Source: Tetramitus jugosus (Eukaryota > Protista > Heterolobosea). Taken from it: 64,000 nucleotides of DNA. The stretch is from NCBI GenBank assembly GCA_937625935.1, contig OW569375.1, positions 186,001 to 250,000 of the forward strand. The letters are read 5' to 3'. Within the stretch, counting starts at the first letter, position 1. Each line of letters opens with the position of its first letter. This document shows, one piece after another, positions 44,128 through 54,960 of the stretch. The translations under genes were made by a program, and so were the position numbers. Below the pieces are notes generated by a model. The model was not told the origin of the DNA, did no database searches, and saw only the letters and a program-made list of their open reading frames with translations.

Positions 44128-45075
44128 TTATACAGTAAAATCGATGCCAATGTCATCAGCCCACACGACATTCACAAGCCTAGCAGCAAACAATGGAAAC
44201 AGTTCACCATTGATTCTCATTTTCCGAGCAAATCTCTTATCTGACAGTTGATCCCAGCACGAATGCTTGCTTTTGGAAGCTTTGCCCTCCATCTCTACCC
44301 TCGTAAACGACAAGGGTTGATAGTCTGCATGGCCTTCACTCGTTGATTCTAGTCTAAAGAGGAGCACGTGAGTCCTCGATTTACAAGTACACTCATACAT
44401 TAACGTGTTTCTTTCCGAGGGAATCGACGTTGCAGTGATTCCGGACAGAGACTCCAACAGAGACAGCAAATCAGATGTTTCCTCAATCTGAACTCTCTTA
44501 TTGTCCAACTCAACTTGCAACTGTTTCTTCTTGTCATTCAACATTTTAGCCTCCAGCTGTATTCTCTGCAGTGAACTATTCTCTCTCTTCTCTGTCAACT
44601 GGACTCGATCCGAGTCACACTTGTCCGATTCCATGTTGGCCAATTTTTGCTTCAATTGCATCACTGTATCATTGTCCTTTTCTGTTGCATCGTGCAACGA
44701 TTTTTGTGCCCGTTCCAACTTTTCAGTCAACTCCTTCACTTGTTCCATGAGTTTCTGGTTCTGTGAGAGTACTTTGCTAAATGACTGTTGAGCATTCTGC
44801 TCTTCATTCTTAATGGCTTGGTCCAGTGAATCGAGCTTTGATCTCAACTTGTTGTTCTCTTCCTGGAGCATCTTGTTTTGTTGTTGATGGAGGAGAAGCT
44901 CCTCTTCGCTCAACAATGCAGTGTTGTGATCCATTCTTGGCTTTTTGGTCATTGGTGCTTGTTCCTCTGAAGGTATGGCTTGAGAGTGGCCAGCATCGTC
45001 GTTGTGGATCAGTGTTTCATTGTTGGAAGAGGAAGCTTCATCTTCCTCTTGTCTTTCTCGCTTGTTGTTCGTCAT
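44128..45075 (-). CDS. Coiled-coil protein with Csm1/Pcs1 (monopolin)-like C-terminal RWD-type domain
   Basis: A long coiled coil followed by LLESLSGI...YEC...LLFRL...YQPL...FPLFAARLVNVV, the pattern expected for Csm1/Pcs1/TITAN9. Confidence 0.6.
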   Translation of the reverse strand: MTNNKRERQEEDEASSSNNETLIHNDDAGHSQAIPSEEQAPMTKKPRMDHNTALLSEEELLLHQQQNKMLQEENNKLRSKLDSLDQAIKNEEQNAQQSFSKVLSQNQKLMEQVKELTEKLERAQKSLHDATEKDNDTVMQLKQKLANMESDKCDSDRVQLTEKRENSSLQRIQLEAKMLNDKKKQLQVELDNKRVQIEETSDLLSLLESLSGITATSIPSERNTLMYECTCKSRTHVLLFRLESTSEGHADYQPLSFTRVEMEGKASKSKHSCWDQLSDKRFARKMRINGELFPLFAARLVNVVWADDIGIDFTV

Positions 45076-45140
45076 TTTGCTTTTTGGTGGATATCTGGAA
45101 ACGGAATAAATGATTTGGCGCTCAAAAAATGGCGCCAAGT

Positions 45141-45355
45141 GTTCTTACTCCGCTGATCTCTTGAAGTTTCTTTTGGAACCATAAGGGAAGAGGACCTGGC
45201 CGTTCTTACTCTGCGAAAAGTGGTTGATGGAGTTACTGGACCAGAGCAACATTGAGAGAACATCCAGCAATTCAAGGCTGCTGCCAGCTTTCATCTTCCA
45301 ACCAGGTTTAGTCCTCTGGCGTTGCTCTGGTCTGGTTGAGCGGGTGTGAGCTTTT
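45141..45355. other. Structured non-coding element (inverted repeats, possible pseudoknot, 10-bp direct repeat)
   Basis: gaccagagcaac (45239-45250) pairs perfectly with gttgctctggtc (45321-45332). agaggac (45189-45195) pairs with gtcctct (45311-45317). gttcttactc is repeated at 45141 and 45202, and T-runs follow at 45352. Confidence 0.45.
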
Positions 45356-45670
45356 TCTTCTGCCTTTTTTCAGTGGTTTTCTATCTAGTGTAACCTTTTT
45401 TCAATTTCTTGTATTGGAGGAGAATGCTTCGGATAGATCCTCTCTGACGACCAAACATGATGGCAGGATAATACTCCCAACATGTAATTCAAATTCCCGA
45501 TAACGTTCATATTTCGCTCCATTTACAATTTCTACGAACCTCTCACCGTTACCCTGACTCGAGCTTTTTCGCAAATCTCTGCCGAACACACAGAATAGAG
45601 TATTGCGTGCCAAAAATCAATTTAGCGCACTCTGTACTTAATTAACTGAGCTATTATCTTGTCTTATTGA

Positions 45671-47870
45671 ATGTTTTCATCTCATCAAACAAGTGCTCTG
45701 AGTTCCTTGTCGTTTATTTACGACGATACATCTAGTCCCACATCAATGACCAAGAACAGTAATCATTTGCAGGTTCAAAAGGAAAATATAGCTCCATTGG
45801 TTCCCTTGTCTTCAAGCAATAGCTCCCCTGTTCATACTCCCATGAGCAAGGGAAGTCGAGACATGTGGAGCTTTAGTTCGAATAGTGAGAAGAGAAACAA
45901 CTCTCAATTAGGGAATCAAAAGCCTCAATTAGTGAGACAATTATCCGATACCCTTCCGAATGTGATAGATGTCTATACTATGCCTTCTGCTACCAAGAAA
46001 AGGTACAGTGCAGAACCAGCTCTGGAACCTCATTCACCAGAGTTAAGTCCTATGAAACCAGAATTTGATCCCGATTCAGAGAAACCAATAGATGTTACAA
46101 TGCTTACCAACTTGATTACTAGTAGTAATTCTCAATCTGTTAATGTAAGTACTCTACTTACCAAGTGTTACAATGTTCGGGGAGTTTCGAATTAACCAAT
46201 TTTTTTGCAGGGATTATCTCTACCCATTCTCGGAAAAGTCATTCAATTGAGTGAGTCGTTAAATCGATCTCACCATCAAATGCAAGAATGTTATCAAGCT
46301 CTAAAGGCCTCGATTAATCGACAAAATGAGATCAAAACTTATTATCAAACCTTGGTCAAGCATATGACCTCACAAAAAGAGTCAGAAGAAGCCGAATTAA
46401 GAGAACGGATACGTCAACTGGAAGAGGAAAAGTATGTCAAATTGAATTAGTAAGAATTGTTATTGCTCTCATGTCACTCACATCCTTATCAGTCATCTTC
46501 TATCAGGAGGAAGTAGGCCTCCGAGAGTAAGGTTTCAATCAATAGGTAAGCGGCTGGATCAAAATATGATTCAACTGTCTCAGCATGCCACATCTGAGTG
46601 TCAAAAGATGAAGAAATCTCTATTCTATATGAGAAAGGAAGTAGAGAGTTTCTCGCAGCAGATCACGAACGAGTTTGACGTTGACCAAATTGTTAAAGTG
46701 ATGCAAAGGTTCATTCATAGGTCGGTAAAGAGAGATAATGAACGAGTTCAGAGGAGAATGGTGGATCAATTAGATTTTGTGAAAGGGAAGTACAAAGAAG
46801 AGTTAGCTCTCCGAAAACAGTTGCAGAATGAATTGATGGAGGAGAGGGGCAACATTCGAGTGTTCTGTCGAGTTCGACCATTTCTAAAAAGTGAGAAGAA
46901 GGAAAGTGCGTTACAAATCCCCTCTGATGATAGTGTTTCAGTCCTTCACAAAGCAGGAAAGGTTCGCCAATTTGATATGGACACTGTGTATTCAATGGAA
47001 GCTACACAGGACCAAGTGTTCCAAGATGTAAAACCACTATTGTCATCCGTTTTTGATGGATACAATGTATGTATATTAGCTTATGGTCAAACGGGCAGTG
47101 GCAAGACCTATACAATGGAGGGTGTCTCAGACTCTCCAGGAGTGATTCCACGAGCGCTTTCCGAACTCTTTTCAATAGCTAGGCAAAAACAAGATGTATT
47201 CTCCATCAAATTCACCTTGAGCATGATCGAAATTTACAACAACGACATCAGAGATCTCCTAATCTCCCCTAGATCCTCAACCAAAAAGATTGAGTATGCT
47301 GATGTGGGTGAGGGAGGACTGGAGGTTAAGAATGTTCTGCGCGTTGAAGTAAACGAGATAAGTGAGGTTCAGAAGTACATAAGACTTGGTTCCTCACATC
47401 GGGCTGAGGGAGCCACTCTTATGAATAGCAATAGTAGCCGATCTCATAGTATTGTAACTATTGACGTGGAGTGTAATCAAACCGAAAAAGGCAAGCAAAA
47501 GCTTGGATTTATCGTGCGTCCGACAAAAGCAAAGCTCAGGCTTGTGGATTTGGCAGGCAGTGAATGTGTGGGCATGAGTGGTGTAACAGGAGAGGCACAG
47601 ATGGAAGCATCCCACGTGAATAGGAGTTTGTCTGCTCTAAGTGATGTGATGAAAGCGCTATCTACTCCCAATCGAACCCATATCCCCTATAGAAACTCTC
47701 GCTTAACTCACTTCCTGCAAGATTCTTTGGGTGGGGATGCCAAGATGATTATCTTTGTCAATGTTAGCCCTACCTTGAAGTGCATAACAGAAACAACTCA
47801 TTCGCTTTCCTTTGGCAGTAGAGTCCGTCATATAACGAGAGGAAAAGCACAAAAACATCTAAAACTGTGA
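45671..47870 (+). CDS. Kinesin-14 C-terminal motor, KIF25-like; exons 45671-46144, 46211-46431, 46493-47870
   Basis: Neck GNIRVFCRVRP, P-loop AYGQTGSGKTYTM, NSNSSRSH, LVDLAGSECVGMSGVTG, HIPYRNSRLTHFLQDSLGGDAK. Two GT-AG introns (66 and 61 bp) join the three ORFs. Confidence 0.93.
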
Positions 47871-47945
47871 CCGCGAAATCGACGTGCTAATTATTTATAA
47901 TAAACATTTTGCGACTAATTTTCCTTATGGAACTAAGTCATTTCA

Positions 47946-49874
47946 TCATAAAGGTGTACCAGCGGTGAAACCACCTGTTGCCTCTTGCAATCGCTTGGAC
48001 TTTTGGTTAAAATATTGTGCACTTGTGAATACTCCTCTTCGCTTTAGACGTAACATCACAGCTGCAAAAGCGGTGATACTGGCTGCGCAAATCACGCTAC
48101 TCACTATAAAGAATGAAATTGGACTATGTTCAAAATGATTCAACAGATTCATACCGAACAGACCAGCCAGCAGCGTACCCAGCGTAATTGCAAATCCTGC
48201 AATCGTCATCTTTAGATCATACTCAATCATTCGATTTCTGACAGCATCCAAACAAATTTCTAAAAAGTCTTGCGTACTGTTAATGTCGCTTTTCAGTTCA
48301 TCAATTCGATTCAAAATATCTTCGAGTTGCGTCACATAAGTCTCGAGCAACATTTCAATTTCCTCATGTTTATCAATAGGTCGAGGCCTATTCAACACAC
48401 GTGTCTCGGTCAAATACATGGAGGCCATATCCTCATCACTCTCTAGCAATCCATCAATCGCTTCGTACATTTCTCTCACAAATGTCGTAAATTTGTTCAT
48501 GTAGCGCTTGTGTTGCAGAATTTCAAACAACAAGTCCTCACTGCTCACCAAATCTGGATCGTGCAACGTCCTGCGTACCTGAGCCTGAAACGATTCGTAC
48601 TCTGCTTCTACTTCTCTACAAGTCTTGTGTAATATACATTCCAGCATTTGAAATTCAAACGGAAGTGCATGTGAGTGCTCATAGTATCCATACTGTTGCG
48701 TGTGGTAGTGTTCTCGTTCTGATGTCGAATTTTCCTCCGTATTACTACTACTACTACTAGCGCTATTATTGCTGCTATTGGCACTAGCACTATTACTACT
48801 ACCACTGTTTGCACTGAAATCAGTTGATCTCGCTGTTGTGGAACCAACTCTCACATTTCTGGTTGGTGAAGTTGCAGTCGCACTGGAATTGGCATTTTCT
48901 GAATGAACACCAGATGATGATTCTTGGTTCATAATCTTGGATGCTGTTCGATGATACTTGATCTCTTGTTGAATAAAGGGAATAATACTCGGATCAAACG
49001 AATCATTCTTTATCAAGTACATTGCATTCTCCGTAATAATCGCACTCAGATTCTTAATATCAAGCACAATACATCGTTTTCTCGCCAAAATTGTTGGATA
49101 ATTCATGTTGCTGACAACTGTCCGAATATCTCTGCCCTGCAAACCAAACAAACTGTACAAGTCACTTCGCGGCACATCAACCACTCGTACTTTGCCATCC
49201 ATTTCGAATTTGATCATTTTCCACGAGTGATACAATCCCATGGAAGGTGCTACTGTGTTGCTCTGATGAGTTACAATGTCCTTTGTCGTTCGATTGAGCA
49301 TCATTTTGGATCGTATTCCACTAGCACCTGTACTAGCACTTGTCATACCACTCACATTGTTAATATTGTTGTTGTTGTTGAGTCCAGTGTATGATTGATA
49401 AAAAAAATTTTTGAGTTTGGATGGTGATTTCAATGATGGTGTGATTGGTGGTGTCTGTGGTATTGCATTGGCAGTGGTAGTGGATGAGGTTGGGATTGGT
49501 GTTGTGGTCAGTATGGGTGTAGCTGATGATGATGATGATGATGATTGTGGAGGTAAATGCAAGTGATGATGATGATGAAGGAGAGGAGGAGGTGGAACTT
49601 CATCGACATCGACATCTACGCCAAAGTGATGGGGATGAAGTGCAGAAGGAGCATGATCTGTTGTTGTGCTCGTAGGACCAGTAGTAGTAGTAGTAGTAGT
49701 ATCGTGAATATTGACACCTCCTGTTGTGGAAGAACCAGTGTGACGCGAATAACGTGAATGAGAGATGATGTGAGAATGAAATGATTGTTGTCGTTGAGAA
49801 GTTTTTGTAAGCTTTAGCTTTGGATTCATCACATGGTGAGGATGTTGTTTGAAGAGATTTCGGAGCATCATCAT
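47946..49874 (-). CDS. MRS2: Mitochondrial Mrs2/CorA-family magnesium transporter
   Basis: LQGRDIR, PTILAR, LPFEFQMLECIL, EDMASMYLT, HEEIEMLLETY, LDAVRNRM, a GLFGMNL signature and two TMs. The low-complexity N-terminus has an uncertain start. Confidence 0.93.
   Translation of the reverse strand: MMMLRNLFKQHPHHVMNPKLKLTKTSQRQQSFHSHIISHSRYSRHTGSSTTGGVNIHDTTTTTTTGPTSTTTDHAPSALHPHHFGVDVDVDEVPPPPLLHHHHHLHLPPQSSSSSSSATPILTTTPIPTSSTTTANAIPQTPPITPSLKSPSKLKNFFYQSYTGLNNNNNINNVSGMTSASTGASGIRSKMMLNRTTKDIVTHQSNTVAPSMGLYHSWKMIKFEMDGKVRVVDVPRSDLYSLFGLQGRDIRTVVSNMNYPTILARKRCIVLDIKNLSAIITENAMYLIKNDSFDPSIIPFIQQEIKYHRTASKIMNQESSSGVHSENANSSATATSPTRNVRVGSTTARSTDFSANSGSSNSASANSSNNSASSSSSNTEENSTSEREHYHTQQYGYYEHSHALPFEFQMLECILHKTCREVEAEYESFQAQVRRTLHDPDLVSSEDLLFEILQHKRYMNKFTTFVREMYEAIDGLLESDEDMASMYLTETRVLNRPRPIDKHEEIEMLLETYVTQLEDILNRIDELKSDINSTQDFLEICLDAVRNRMIEYDLKMTIAGFAITLGTLLAGLFGMNLLNHFEHSPISFFIVSSVICAASITAFAAVMLRLKRRGVFTSAQYFNQKSKRLQEATGGFTAGTPL
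49681..49701. repeat. (GTA)7 microsatellite encoding poly-Thr
   Basis: gtagtagtagtagtagtagta in the MRS2 N-terminal region. Confidence 0.9.
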
Positions 49875-50238
49875 TGAAGGGTTGTGTTTGAGTTTATTGC
49901 TGAGAGTGAAAGGGCTTTCAGAATTCAAGATATTCTTTTTCTTCCCGCGCGAATAGAGCGGCAAAACTCTTCAGTCCGACAAAAAAGAAGGTCTATTGAT
50001 AGGACTCTATCCGGAAATTGATAGTCTTGTCGCGTTGGTTGAACTTGAAAAACCTTTTTGATTCTGTTCGAATCAAATAGCTATTGATTTTATCGACGAC
50101 CACGCCACTTGCACGAGTCAAAGACAATATTGCTCCTCTGACGCACATCAAACTCTATCTATTATTCTCTCTTACTCCCCCTCGCATACACGAACAATCT
50201 TCTCTCACACTACTACTGCTTAGCTTATTAGCAACAAC

Positions 50239-52526
50239 ATGAAAAAGAAAAATCATTCTTCATCAAACATCCAACTAGACAATAGTTTTGACTCTAGGAA
50301 ACCTCAAAGGAACTTGCTGCTCAATTTTCAATACAGTAGTGATCATCACCAATCATACAACTACAATAGAAACAATTGGCATTGGAACAGCAATGGTGGT
50401 CGAACACGACAAAAGAGAAGTTCTTCATCGGCTGCACCTACGATTCCAAAAACTCATTCTCAATATGTGCTTGCAAAGTTTGTATCTCAGTTGAGTGCAT
50501 GATGACTCTTTTTCATCTGTTGTTATTATTATCTTGTTGTTGTTTTGTGTTCAATCGGATCAAAATGGATGATTAACCTCTCGTCGTTGGTGGTGGGTAT
50601 CACAACAACAGTTACTTTTTTTCTCTGAGACCAATCAATCATTATTTGGACTCTCAAGTGTATCAAGAATTGATTTCGAATCCTGATCCCGATATTACTC
50701 AGGAAGAGATTTGGAGTTTGATCGAATGTGTCTCTATTCCGATTGTTGTGCCCAACATGCAAGACAAGAACTCTGAAGAGTACAAGAAACATTTTCCAAG
50801 GTGCCCCATTTGTTTGGAACAACCACCAATATGTGCACGAGTGGCTCAGTGTGGTCACGTTTTCTGTTACACTTGTTTGATGCGATATTTGAGCCATGCA
50901 GAGGAGCATCACGTTGTAAAGTCTGTCGTGGAGAAAAAGTGTCCTGTGTGTACAGAGAGAGTCACAATGGACATGTGCAAGAGTGTGGAATGGAGAGTGA
51001 AAAAGGAAGTGAAGGAAGGTCAGATTCTTAATTTTCATCTCGTTAAGCGGCCCAAGGATTGCCTCGTTCCATCCAAGGTGTTCCATCACAAAGATCACGC
51101 TGCTCTGAATTCGGAACATGCAGCAAAGAAATCAGAATTGCTCACAGGTGAACGATTTCCAGTGTATGGTGAACATGATATGGAATTGAGTAAGTTTATG
51201 ATTGCAAGCGATGTACACATGAACAATTTATTTGACCGTGAGATGAACGAACTTCAATTTGCAATTGAAACGATGCAATCAGGTGGACCTATTTTCGATC
51301 AAGAGGAGTTGTCCTTTTTGAAGGTTGCACTGCGAGAGTTGGAGAGACGCAAGTTTGCATGGCACGATTTCATGGACAAGAACAAAAATTGGGTAGAGTC
51401 CAGTACTCATATTGGTGAAGGACAAGCCGAGCAAGACGACTCGATCGACAGCAGTCAGGAATGCGAGAAGGTGAGCGGATGTTTACAGTCGACTCCAAAG
51501 ACAACATCATCAGCCATTTCGGCTGAATATGAAGCATTTGGTAGTGACGGCGAAGAAGACAACCAACAAGCTGAAGAATCATACACCTACCGAGAGGAGC
51601 ACCATGAAAGCGATGAATATGAGAGCGATAGCAACAGTGACGACGATGATTTTGTTGGTAGTCCAGATGAATACACTTCCAGAATGCAAGGAAAAAAGGG
51701 CAAGGAAGCTCATCACATCAGAGCTAGCCAGTATCACAAATCTAGTCACCTTGAGTTCGATAGCTACTATTATTATCAAGCTGCAGATAATCAAATGGTT
51801 TTCCTTCATCCATTGAATACTCGCTGTTTGATACATGAGCATCAAGGAGATTTCGACCAATTCCCAGAGTCAATCAGAGCAAAGATTATTCAAGTGGAGC
51901 ACACTGAGCTGACTGATGACTTGAGAAGAAAAATTGGCGTTCTATCACATGTTCCTCTCTATTGTCAATTCACTTTTGTTGAAGTTGACCTTCTCTATAA
52001 CAAGTATATATCATCTGCGACCCGTAAGCACTTTGCTTCAGATTTTTTGGGTCGGGAGAAGGAGCGAAGAGAAGCCATGAGAAGAAGGGCCAGAGAAGAC
52101 AAGAAGGCACAAAAACAGGAACAAGAAGAAAAATTGAAGAGAATAGCCCAGATGGAGGAACGTAGGACGGCACTCAGTCTTGACTCTTTCCCAGAGATTG
52201 AACCCACTGAGTCCGTTATGAAATCAGATCACCACTTCCCAGCTCCTAAAGCCACACCTGTGACGAACAGGTCAGGTCAAAAGAAGAAATCGAAAAACAA
52301 TTCCTCACAGATTGTTTGGGGTGTACAGAGCATTGTGAATGCACCTCCATCTGGTTTGGGTAGCAGCTCCAATCCAAAGCAAGAATTGCAGGGTCATTGG
52401 AAAACGAGGCAAGAAAAGATTACGATAGCATCAAGTTCATCTTCCATAACACGAGGGGGATCCCAGCAGGTAACGGCAGAGTTTCCTGTTCTCTCCCGGA
52501 AGAGCAACAACAAGAACAAGAAGTAG
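50239..52526 (+). CDS. RNF10: RING finger protein RNF10/Mag2 homolog; exons 50239-50477, 50612-52526
   Basis: NLLLNFQY, QYVLAN|YFF, DPD..W, C3HC4 RING CPICLEQP..CGHVFCYTCL..CPVC, YYYYQAADNQMVFLHPLN, LSHVP..EVDL. Confidence 0.92.
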
Positions 52527-52751
52527 TCGGCTTAATAAAAGGCAATACAACACAATCGTCTTGTGTAAAATTTCAATTTCGTCCTTGAACGAACATGAAT
52601 CAAACAAAAGTCTTGACCAGAATCGAACTTTCTCTTATTTTTAGAATACTCAAAACATGTCTTGCAAGCAAAAAACACAAACTCTGCCCACCCACAACAC
52701 AACCATAACCAAAACCAAAAAGAAAGATAAACAAGAGTATATAGAGCTAAA

Positions 52752-53861
52752 ATGAACGAACAAGACGATGTACCAATGACCCCAACAGAAGAAGAAGAAT
52801 ATCAAGTGAGCAACGACGACATGAATGACGTCAACGAAGAACAAGACGGTATCATAGGTGACCAGGAGATTGTTGCCACAGAGAGACAACAAGAATTATC
52901 AAATTTCTTAAAGATTATCTCATCCGCTAACCTAGAGGACAATCGAACAGTGTTCATTGGCAAGAAATTTGATGATGCGTTTGATGAATCGAAGCGAAGT
53001 CATCGAATTCTGTTGTTGATCATGTTGGACGAGTCAAACAATCAACAACACGAGTTTTGCAAGAGTGTGTTGAGCAGTGAGTTCTTGATGGAACTCGTGC
53101 AGAATCATTTTGTGCTGTGGTTTGGTGATGTCAACAGTCCACTCCAGGTTCAAACATTGTCATCCATGTTGTCTAGGCATCCTTCACTGTTACAGCACAG
53201 TCAATTGTCTTCAATGATTGGTAGTGGTGATGGTGATGTAAAGTATCCTGTGATGGCACTTGTTTCCTACTTTGATAATAGCTTGTCAGTGATTGATATG
53301 ATGGAGGGATCGATGGACATTGATGTGTTGATTATGAAGCTATTGAATGCGATGGAAGTGTATTTGCCACTGTTGGAAAATCAGAGAGAAGGAAATCTGG
53401 TTCGTGAGAGCGAAACACAGCAGTTCCGGTCAGAGCAGGACTTCGTGTACGAAGAAGCACTGAGAAAGGATCAGGAGAGAGAGCGATTGAAGAGAGAGGA
53501 AGAAGAACAGCGATCGATTCAACAAGCTATTGAACAATCGAGACGCGAAGAACAAGAGAGAAGGAGAAAGCTGAAGAAGGAACAGTTGCCTAGTGAGCCC
53601 TCTGCCACAGAGAAGAACATTACAACGATTCGGTTCAAGTTGCCCGACAACACAACATTGACCAGAAAGTTCTCTGTGAGGGACACAGTAGCCGTGTTGT
53701 TCAATTATCTGGAAGTTGAGAAGGAGGAAGTTCAGTGTGAAACGATCCACCTTGTTTCCTCTTTTCCCAGAATGACGCTGGACTACGAGAAGGATTCCGG
53801 TGCCACCATTGAAAGCATCAAGCTATTCCCACAAGGTGCTCTTCATGTACAATACAAGTAA
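52752..53861 (+). CDS. UAS + UBX domain protein (FAF1/FAF2-like p97 adaptor)
   Basis: FCKSVL..NHFVLW, RSEQDFVYEEALRKDQER, LPSEP..IRFKLPD..RKF..SFPR..LFPQGAL. Confidence 0.9.
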   Translation: MNEQDDVPMTPTEEEEYQVSNDDMNDVNEEQDGIIGDQEIVATERQQELSNFLKIISSANLEDNRTVFIGKKFDDAFDESKRSHRILLLIMLDESNNQQHEFCKSVLSSEFLMELVQNHFVLWFGDVNSPLQVQTLSSMLSRHPSLLQHSQLSSMIGSGDGDVKYPVMALVSYFDNSLSVIDMMEGSMDIDVLIMKLLNAMEVYLPLLENQREGNLVRESETQQFRSEQDFVYEEALRKDQERERLKREEEEQRSIQQAIEQSRREEQERRRKLKKEQLPSEPSATEKNITTIRFKLPDNTTLTRKFSVRDTVAVLFNYLEVEKEEVQCETIHLVSSFPRMTLDYEKDSGATIESIKLFPQGALHVQYK

Positions 53862-54057
53862 TAATACCATATGCAACACTGTCATATTCTCAGCAAATTC
53901 ATGTATTCCCCGCCGCAAGGGATGATCTCCTTTCGGTGCTTCTTTGCCCATCTCGGTAGGTCGTTTCGTACATTCGCCCGAACCTTTTCCTGGTGCGTGA
54001 GTAGATTTTTAGCCGATTCGGATTGTTTGTTTGTGCTCTCATGTTTCCTGTGGGTTT

Positions 54058-54897
54058 TCACTCACAGAACAATTGGTCTTGGCTCGACTCATGCAGTTTG
54101 ACTCTCAGCCTTAGTCGTCTCTTGTCGTAAGCATCTCGATCTCCGCTGGAAAGTATGAAGGAGTTCTGCCAATAAGCACACACATTTTTGCCGATCCGTC
54201 CATACAGAAATGCCATCCAATCATTTGCCTCTCGACCATATGGATCAAAAGACAGAGCCGTTGCGACATCTTTCATTGCCTGATAGTCATCACCACGTAC
54301 AACATGGACCTTTGCTCTGATACAGTACGGTAGTGTATAAGTGGGGTCAAGGCGAATCGATTCTAATACATCATCCAAAACGAATTGGATTGCGGTGCTT
54401 GGAATTGATACCAATCCAGAAACATTGAACGAGTCCATCCTATCCAACGCACGATTACAATATGCACCTGAATATGTAGGATCAATCAAAATGGCAGTAT
54501 TCAGGTCATTAATTGAATCTGTGTAGCGCCCATGATTTGCATGAAGCAAAGCCCGATATTTGTGTACAAATGCAGCTAATTTGCTTTGGCCCATGCCAAA
54601 ATGTTCGAGCTGAACCAAGATGTTGGTCAGTGCTTCGCACTCTTGAATCGATTGTTGATCACTGAGATAGTGAATTCCCAACTCTAGCAAAATTTTATGG
54701 ATTTGGCTGCTATTGGTTCTCTCTTGTGCTCTCTTAAACTCGCGAGTGATCACCTCCTTTTCTCCAGGAGATAACTTGATCATAGGATTCAATCTTCTCA
54801 GATTTAGGTCGTGTAAGTTTGTGTCTGGTTTGAGGATAGAGCAGAGATTCCCCCAAAAAGAATGACCTGGACTATCCTTCTGGATGACGTCCATCAT
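54058..54897 (-). CDS. TPR-repeat protein (C-terminus uncertain)
   Basis: DLNTAILIDPTYSGAYCNRA, SIRLDPTY..YCIRA, DVATALSFDP. Confidence 0.82.
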   Translation of the reverse strand: MMDVIQKDSPGHSFWGNLCSILKPDTNLHDLNLRRLNPMIKLSPGEKEVITREFKRAQERTNSSQIHKILLELGIHYLSDQQSIQECEALTNILVQLEHFGMGQSKLAAFVHKYRALLHANHGRYTDSINDLNTAILIDPTYSGAYCNRALDRMDSFNVSGLVSIPSTAIQFVLDDVLESIRLDPTYTLPYCIRAKVHVVRGDDYQAMKDVATALSFDPYGREANDWMAFLYGRIGKNVCAYWQNSFILSSGDRDAYDKRRLRLRVKLHESSQDQLFCE

Positions 54898-54960
54898 GGT
54901 TCACAGTGAATTTTTTGTTGTTCTGCTCCTTTTGGAACAAAAGTTTGTTCAAGTAAAAAA

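Noticed and set aside
45304-45311. Telomerase-template-like CTAAACCT on the minus strand
   Set aside because: It does not match templates for TTAGGG or TTTAGGG exactly and the telomere repeat is unknown. It is kept only as a test for the structured element.
50478-50611. C-box-like ATGATGA in the RNF10 intron
   Set aside because: No downstream CTGA D box or terminal stem within the intron.
53840-54066. Selenocysteine TGA created by splicing in the TPR gene
   Set aside because: No redox motif or recognisable SECIS. The open frame is explained by T-poor composition.
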